DNA from: an uncultured Acidobacteriota bacterium
Lineage (GTDB): Bacteria; Acidobacteriota; Vicinamibacteria; Vicinamibacterales; CAVVIG01
Length of the DNA: 64,000 nucleotides
Assembly (NCBI GenBank): GCA_963731545.1
Contig: CAVSWN010000010.1
Location: 60,632-124,631 of the forward strand
Reading direction: 5' to 3'
Below are positions 58,082 to 64,000 of this stretch, piece by piece. The position numbers and the translations under genes are program-made. The notes under the pieces were generated by a model that was given only the letters and a program-made list of their open reading frames with translations, did not search any database and was not told the origin of the DNA. Every line of letters starts with the position of its first letter. The stretch's first letter is position 1.

Positions 58082-58939
58082 GTGAGCAATCCACTGCCCG
58101 TCGTCTGGCTCCCTCAAACACCGGGTTTGTGCGGGGCGGCGTGCGCGCAGATGATTCTGAACGCCAGGGGGCTGGTCGGCACTGAGCCGAGTGACCTTGA
58201 ATCATTGTGGGAGCAGATCAAAGCGAACACGACCCGGGAAGCGCCGGGCAACGGCAGAAACCGCAGACTTGCTCCGTGCGGACAGTTCCCTCGCAGATTC
58301 TGCGAGCAGTGCCGGTTCACTCCACCCTTCTGTTGGTGCACGTTTCCGGCCGCGCTGGCCGCCACCTTGAACGACAACCTCGGCGCGACCATAGTCGCCG
58401 TTCACAAGGAAACGCTCGAACGGGACATCACCGCACGCCTCGTGCAGTCAGTCGACGATGGACTCGCAGCCGGTGCCATGGTCCTTCACGGAACGCATTG
58501 GGTCGTGGTCTACGGATATCGTCCCGTCGATCCGGCGGAAGACGAGCCGCTGACGCACCTCCTGGTTCGGGATTCAGAGTTCAACGCGCCCTCGACACTC
58601 ATCACGATGTCGCACTGGCTGGCGTTCAAGCTCACCGAGATTCGGTGTGGCAGATTCATGCCTTTTTCGCTTGGCGTGACGAGTGGTGCAGAGCGGCGCC
58701 GCAGGCTGATTTCTGACGCGGTGAAGTTGACGGCGCTGGCGCCGATTGTCGAGCCTGCGCAAATCAGGGCTCAGGCGGAGGCCGATGCCGAGTGGTTGCT
58801 GAAGACGCTCGAGTGGGAGGCGTCGGTCGGCCGCGCGGCCGCGAACGATCCGAACTTCGTTCGCGACTTGACCGAGTCGCACCGGGACTACTACCTCGTC
58901 GACTTCCGGACCGACGGCCGTCCGACCGCGCGGCAATGA
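58082..58939 (+). CDS. papain-fold cysteine peptidase, C39-like; may extend to ~59251 through frame changes
   Basis: Catalytic-type order: Q...C (PQTPGLCGAACAQMIL), His (LHGTHWVVVYGY), Asp (LLVRDSEF). Downstream fragments MIFDARQRVGGQYAGI and LVWKPC...YYVRVDGAVFSELTE (ORF 59057) look like a continuation. Confidence 0.55.
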   Translation: MSNPLPVVWLPQTPGLCGAACAQMILNARGLVGTEPSDLESLWEQIKANTTREAPGNGRNRRLAPCGQFPRRFCEQCRFTPPFCWCTFPAALAATLNDNLGATIVAVHKETLERDITARLVQSVDDGLAAGAMVLHGTHWVVVYGYRPVDPAEDEPLTHLLVRDSEFNAPSTLITMSHWLAFKLTEIRCGRFMPFSLGVTSGAERRRRLISDAVKLTALAPIVEPAQIRAQAEADAEWLLKTLEWEASVGRAAANDPNFVRDLTESHRDYYLVDFRTDGRPTARQ

Positions 58940-59284
58940 TCTTCGACGCGCGACAGCGCGTGGGCGGGCAATACGCCGGCATCGACGCGTCCGGCGCCGG
59001 TCACGCGGGCCGGGAATCTGCCGCCGCTCATCGCCGCCAGCGACGTCGAGCAGGTCATGCGGGAGCGCAGCGAGCCAGGCCAGGCGTCCGGCGCCCGTAC
59101 CGTGGAGTCGACTCTGGTCTGGAAACCTTGCGATCAGTCGCATTCACCGTATCAGCCGTTCTACGTAGTGCACCAGGATGGCGACGTCTACTATGTCCGA
59201 GTCGACGGCGCGGTCTTTTCGGAGCTCACCGAATTTGGTGGTGGCGCCTGAGCTGCCAGCCTTGCCGGTGAGTAGAATGGTTGC

Positions 59285-59743
59285 GTGCGGCCGTTCCGGT
59301 ATTACCTCCGGGTTCGATACGCCGAATGCGACGCGCAGAAGGTGGTGTTCAACAGCCGCTACGCCGAGTACGTCGACGTTGCGCTGAACGAGTTTCTTCG
59401 CGCCGTTGGCTACGACACGAAGCGGCTGCTCGAGTCCGGCCTCGACTTTCAGCTCGTGAAGCAGACGATCGAATGGAAGGCCGCCGCGCGCTTCGATGAC
59501 GTGCTCGAGATCGAGATCGAGGCCGTGCGCATGGGGACGACGTCGTTCACCTGCCGGGCGACGTTCCGGGCTGCGAACGCCGACGCGATCGTCACCACTA
59601 TCGAAACCGTGTACGTGCTCGTCGAGGCGGAGACGTTGAAGAAGACGCCGCTGCCGGCGCCGTTCCGCGAGGCGCTTGAAAGCGGTGCGCGCGGGAGAGT
59701 TGTCGATCACGCCGCGCACGTCGCGGCCATGACTCCACACTAA
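59285..59743 (+). CDS. acyl-CoA thioesterase (4HBT/YbgC-like hotdog fold)
   Basis: Intact 152 aa with YYLRVRYAECDAQKVVFNSRYAEY, typical of the 4HBT family. Confidence 0.8.
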   Translation: MRPFRYYLRVRYAECDAQKVVFNSRYAEYVDVALNEFLRAVGYDTKRLLESGLDFQLVKQTIEWKAAARFDDVLEIEIEAVRMGTTSFTCRATFRAANADAIVTTIETVYVLVEAETLKKTPLPAPFREALESGARGRVVDHAAHVAAMTPH

Positions 59744-59759
59744 TTGTCAGGAGAGCGAC

Positions 59760-60395
59760 ATGCCACGAATGTCCTTTGCAGCGTCCTTTTCGGTAGTGTC
59801 GACAGCGATCCTGTTCGCGGCGACGCCAGGTGCCGGTCAAACAGCCGGCGGCCAGCGCGGTGGGCAGCGCGGCGGCGCGCCGGCGGGCCCGCCCATGACG
59901 CTCACCGTGGCCGGATTTCCCGACGGCGGCCAGATTCCGGTGAAGTTCAGCCAGGCAGCCGAAGGCGCGGCGCCCGGCGAGGGCACTGTCGCCGGCGATT
60001 ACGTGGACCAACACGCCGGCGGGCACGCAATCGTTCGTGCTCCACATGCACGATAGGACGTCGCGCGCAATCGCACGACCGACGATCAGGCGCATTGGGT
60101 CGTGTGGAACATTCCGGCGACGGCGACCGGGCTTCCGGAAGGCGTTCCCAAGGGATCGCCGCGGCCCGACGGCAGTCATCAAATCAGCGCCACGGGCCCG
60201 ATGTATCGCGGTCCCGGCGCTGCCGCGACCGGCCCGCTTCACCACTACATGTTCGAGATTTACGCGCTCGACATCAAACTCGATGTCCAGCCCGCCGCCG
60301 ACGCTTTCGAGACGCGCGCCAACGTCATGAAGGCGATGCAGGGACACATGCTCGGCAAGGCGGTGTACGGAGGCTTGTTCAAACGCCCGCAGTAG
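59760..60395 (+). CDS. YbhB/YbcL-family (PEBP) protein with signal peptide, compensating +1 (~59990) and -1 (~60050) frame changes
   Basis: ORFs 59760 and 60102 share a frame. The intervening SPAITWTNTPAGTQSFVLHMHD is read in the +1 frame. The C-terminus is HHYMFEIYALD... Confidence 0.8.
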
Positions 60396-60405
60396 GACTA
60401 CGCCC

Positions 60406-61153
60406 ATGCCGACCGAAATGAATCGCCGCGCCGTCTTGTTGGGACTGGTGTCCGCCGCCGCCGTGTGGGACGAGCGTCCGATCGGTGCGCAGGAATCGCA
60501 CGTCGCCCGACCCGACGCTCTACATCCCACGAGCGCACGTGGTCGAGGAGCGAGCCTACCTCCACGACTTCATGGAGGAATACGCGTTCGTGTCGCTGAT
60601 CACGACAACGCCCACACTCCGCATCACGCACATCCCGACCATCCTCGACCGCTCGCGCGGACGGTTCGGGACGATTCGCGCCCATATTTCCGCGCAGAAT
60701 CCGCAGAAGGCCGCGTTCGACGGCTCACATCCAGCGGTCATCGTCTTCCGCGGACCTCATAGCTACATCTCGCCGAGTTGGTACGCGGTCCGCAACTCGG
60801 TGGTTCCGACGTGGAACTTCGGCGTGGTCCACGCCTCGGGCCGGCCGCGGCTGATCGCCGATCGCGACAAGGCCTACGATCTGCTCGCCACGCTGATCCG
60901 CACCAACGAACGGCGCGCCGGCTCGACCGGCTACGACTTCGCGGGTCAGCCGCGCGAGTACGTCGACCGCATGATGCAGGGCATCAGCCCGTTCGAAATG
61001 GAAATCGATGCGCTCGAGGGCAAGTTCAAGCTCGGGCAGGAGCGCAGCGAGGGCGATCGCGCCGGCGTGCTCGAGCACCTGAAGGCCGCCGGCTACAAGG
61101 AGCGCTCGCTGTACGACGTGACCGCGGCGCTCTATCAGAACCGGCCGAAGTAG
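60406..61153 (+). CDS. PaiB-family FMN-binding protein, +1 frame change near 60510
   Basis: ORF 60485..61153 has FRGPHSYISPSWY...VPTWNFGVVH. The N-terminal MPTEMNRRAVLLGLVSAAAV (ORF 60406) would add a TAT-like leader. Confidence 0.78.
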
Positions 61154-61176
61154 CCGCCCCATCCGGACGCCGTTCC

Positions 61177-61224
61177 CCTTGCTTACCGAGGGCAGTTGTG
61201 GCACATTGGGCTCGGTAACCAAGG
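61177..61224. promoter_or_regulatory. inverted repeat upstream of padR (operator or RBS-occluding hairpin candidate)
   Basis: CCTTGCTTACCGAG (61177-61190) and CTCGGTAACCAAGG (61211-61224) match 13/14. The 20-nt spacer contains the nested palindrome TGTG-G-CACA. The right arm ends 6 nt before the ATG. Confidence 0.35.
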
Positions 61225-61230
61225 GGTGAG

Positions 61231-61566
61231 ATGAGCCGGCCCGCCGATCTCGTTCAAGGCACACTCGATCTCCTGCTGCTCAAGATCGTCGCCCTCGAGC
61301 CGCTCCACGCCTGGGCGATCAGCCAGCGCCTGAAGCAGATCTCGAGCGACGTCCTCCAGGTCAGCGATGGCGCGCTCTACCCGGCTCTCCACAAGCTGGA
61401 GCAGGAAGGCTGGCTTCGCGCCGAATGGAAGGTCACGGCGAACGGCCGGCGCGCCAAGTTCTACGCGCTGACGCGGGCCGGCCGCCGCGCCCTCGAACGC
61501 GAAACCGCCAGCTGGGAACGCCTCGCCGGCGCGATATCCCGCGTCGTCCGCCTCAGCGAGATCTGA
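61231..61566 (+). CDS. PadR-family transcriptional regulator
   Basis: Intact 111 aa with LLLLKIVALEPLHAWAISQRL...GALYPALHKLEQEGWL...GRRAKFYALT. Confidence 0.9.
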   Translation: MSRPADLVQGTLDLLLLKIVALEPLHAWAISQRLKQISSDVLQVSDGALYPALHKLEQEGWLRAEWKVTANGRRAKFYALTRAGRRALERETASWERLAGAISRVVRLSEI

Positions 61567-61569
61567 TCC

Positions 61570-64000
61570 GTGATCGAGTCGCGGTGGCTCCATCGGCTCA
61601 CGCTTCGGTTGAGAACACTCCTCGACCGTGGACGGGTCGAACGCGAGCTCCACGAAGAATTCCAGTTTCATGTCGAGCAGCGGATCGAGCTCGAAATCGC
61701 GCGAGGCGCGTCGCCCGATGACGCCCGCCGCGTCGCGCTTCGCGCGATGGAGGGCATCGAGCAGCGGAAGGAGGAATGTCGCGATATGCGGCGCATGCAG
61801 CTCGTCGAGCACTTGATCCAGGACGTTCGCTACATGTCGCGCGCTGCTGCGAAGCCCGGGATTCGCGGCCGCGGCGATCGTGTCGCTGGCGCTCGGCATC
61901 GGCGCGAACACGGCGATCTTCAGCATCATCGACAAGCTCCTGCTCGAGTCGCTGCCGGTCGAACGCCCGCGCGAGCTGGTCCTACTCAACCCCATGGGGT
62001 TGCGCAATGGATGGACGGCGGGCGGCCAGACCTGGTCGTATCCGGCCTATCGCGGCCTGCGCGAACACCAGCAGGTCTTCGCCGGTCTGATCGCCGAGCG
62101 CACCGACGCCGTGAACCTGACGGTCGACGGCACCACGCTGCGCGCCGTCGCGAGCATCGTCAGCGGCAACTACTTCGAGGTGCTCGGCGTGCACGCGTTG
62201 GCCGGCCGGCTGCTGTCGGACGCAGACGATCGATCAGGGGCGGCCATCCCGCCGTCGTGCTCAGCCACGGCTTCTGGGTCGAGCGTCTCGGCAGCCGCGC
62301 CGACGTCGTCGGTCAGACGGTCCGCGTGGGCGGCCATCCGTTCACGGTCGTCGGCATCAGCGAGAAGGGCTTCAACGGACTGGAGGTCGGTGGATCGATC
62401 GACGTCTTCGTGCCGACGATGATGCTGCCGCAAGTGGTGACGTACGGCGCTGCGCTCGACGCGCGGAGCTCGTACATTTTCAACGTCTACGGACGGCTCC
62501 GTCCGGGCGTGACGCGGAGCAGGCCGAGGCGCAGCTCCAGCCGCTGTATCTGGCGCAACTCGAGCAGGACGTCGCAGCCTGGGCCCGCGTGCGCCGGCCG
62601 GCGATGGATGGAGGCAAGGCAGGCTCCTTCTCGAAGACGCCCACCGCGGGACGTCCGGCCTTCGCGCCGAGCTCGAAACGCCGCTCAAGGCGGTGATGGC
62701 GATGACCGTACTCGTGCTGCTGATCACGTGCGCGAATATCGCCGGTCTCCAGATGGCCCGAGCGGCATCGCGCGCGAGAGAGATGTCGATTCGATTGGCG
62801 ATCGGCGCATCGCGCGGCCGCGTCCTCCGGCAGTTGCTGACCGAGAGCGCCGTGATTGGCGGCCTTGGGCGGACTCGCCGGCCTGGCGGTCGCGTCCGTC
62901 ACGATTCGCCTGCTCGTCGCCGAGATGGGCGAAGCGGCCGGCCGCCTTCAACTGGTCACGGCGTTCCTGGATGCGCGCGTGCTGGCGTTCACGCTCGCGC
63001 GTGTCGGCGGCGACCGGGATCGTGTTCGGGCTGGTTCCCGCGCTGTTCGCGACGCGCCATGCGGTCGCGCCGACGCTCAAAGCCGGGGCCGCCTCCGCCA
63101 TCGGCGGTCACGTGCGCCTCCGCCGCATCCTCGTGACCGCGCAAGTCGCGCTGGGCCTGGTGCTCGTCGCGGCGTCAGGACTGTTTCTCCGAACGTTCTC
63201 CAACCTGCGGCATACGGACGCCGGCTTCCGGACCGATCACCTGGTCCAATTCCATCTCAACGCCGGCGCCGCCGGCTACGATCGCGCCCGCTCCGAAGCG
63301 TTGTTTCGCAGGAGTCGTCGAAGATGTGCGCGCGCTCCCCGGCGTGAGCAGCGCGACACTCGCGGTGGCGCCGGTGTTGAGCAACGCGATGATCGGATTC
63401 GGCCTCGACGTCGAAGGCTACACGCCTGCCGCCGGCGAAAGCCGGAGCTCCGTGGCCAACGCGGTCGCGCCAGGATATTTCGGCGTGGTCGGCACGCCGC
63501 TCGTCCGTGGCCGCGACTTCTCCGAGTCCGATACGGCGACGTCGCGCCGCGTGGCGATCGTCAGCGAATCGTTCGTTCGACAAGTATTACCCCAACAGCG
63601 ATCCGATTGGGCCAGACGCTGACGCTCGACTACGGCCGGCCGCCTCGCCTTACTCACGAAATCGTGGGCGTGGCGAAGGATGCCCGCTTGAACAACATTC
63701 GCGACCAGCCACGGCGCACGTTTTACCTGCCGTACACGCAGTTCGACGTCCTGAGTTCCTCGTTCGTCCTGGTCCGCGCCGCGGGCGAACCCGCGTTGCT
63801 GCGCCGGGCGATTCAGGAGCTGGTCAAACGCCACGATCCCGCGATCCCGGTCGCCGCCTACCGGACGCTCGACGAGCAGATCGATCGCGTGCTGCGGCCG
63901 GAGCGGCTGGTGGCGTCGCTGTCGCTCTCGTTCGGTCTGCTGGCGACCGGACTCGCCGCCATCGGTCTCTACGGCGTGATGGCCTTCTCGGTCGCCCGGC
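61570..64000 (+). pseudogene. ADOP-family duplicated MacB/FtsX-like permease (PadR-associated), 3'-truncated by window edge, as-sequenced with ~8 frame changes
   Basis: The GTG at 61570 is 3 nt after the padR stop. The frames run 1,2,1,0,2,0,1,2,1. Blocks: FQFHVEQRIELEI, SLALGIGANTAIFSIIDKLL, VVLSHGFWVERLG, VLLITCANIAGLQMARAASRAREMSIRLAIGASR, GLYGVMAFSVAR. The frame-1 reading is open to the window end and is absent from the ORF track. Confidence 0.75.

Overview
This is a 64-kb, high-GC (about two-thirds G+C by eye) bacterial chromosome segment. The gene content suggests Acidobacteriota, which is an inference only: two ADOP-type duplicated MacB-like permeases (one paired with PadR), PEGA, NHL and DUF4097 secreted proteins, and many TAT-signal enzymes. 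From 2.7 to 27.3 kb the window carries the ancient housekeeping array radA, a PIN/TRAM (yacL-like) gene, three inserted genes, ispD, ispF, gltX, rlmB, tRNA-Thr/Tyr/Gly/Thr, tuf, rpmG, tRNA-Trp, secE, nusG, rplK, rplA, rplJ, rplL, rpoB and rpoC. From 27.4 to 64 kb there is an accessory-looking mix: two near-identical PEGA/Ig-like membrane proteins flanking an oxidoreductase and isomerase pair, NHL-repeat proteins, an amidase, two GT-C glycosyltransferases, an S9 peptidase, an AtoE-like transporter, DUF885, a membrane Ser/Thr kinase, a C39-like peptidase module, and PadR with an ADOP permease. No rRNA, CRISPR array, transposase, integrase or recognisable defence or prophage gene was seen.

The main caveat is that reading-frame continuity breaks roughly 60-70 times by eye. 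The breaks are strongly clustered and mostly +1, and they hit rpoB, rpoC, gltX and ispD/F. Many ORF-track entries are therefore fragments or chimeras, and 'pseudogene' calls may reflect consensus errors.

No clearly novel multi-gene system can be demonstrated. The best candidates for a second look are:
- the duplicated PEGA-Ig-TM-Cys proteins (27.4-32.4 kb)
- a Cys8 zinc-ribbon-like insertion in RpoB
- an intact 40-aa helical-repeat protein (43.8-44.8 kb)
- the basic-protein plus C39-like peptidase module (57.7-59.3 kb)
- a REP-like palindromic element family with compensatory stem changes
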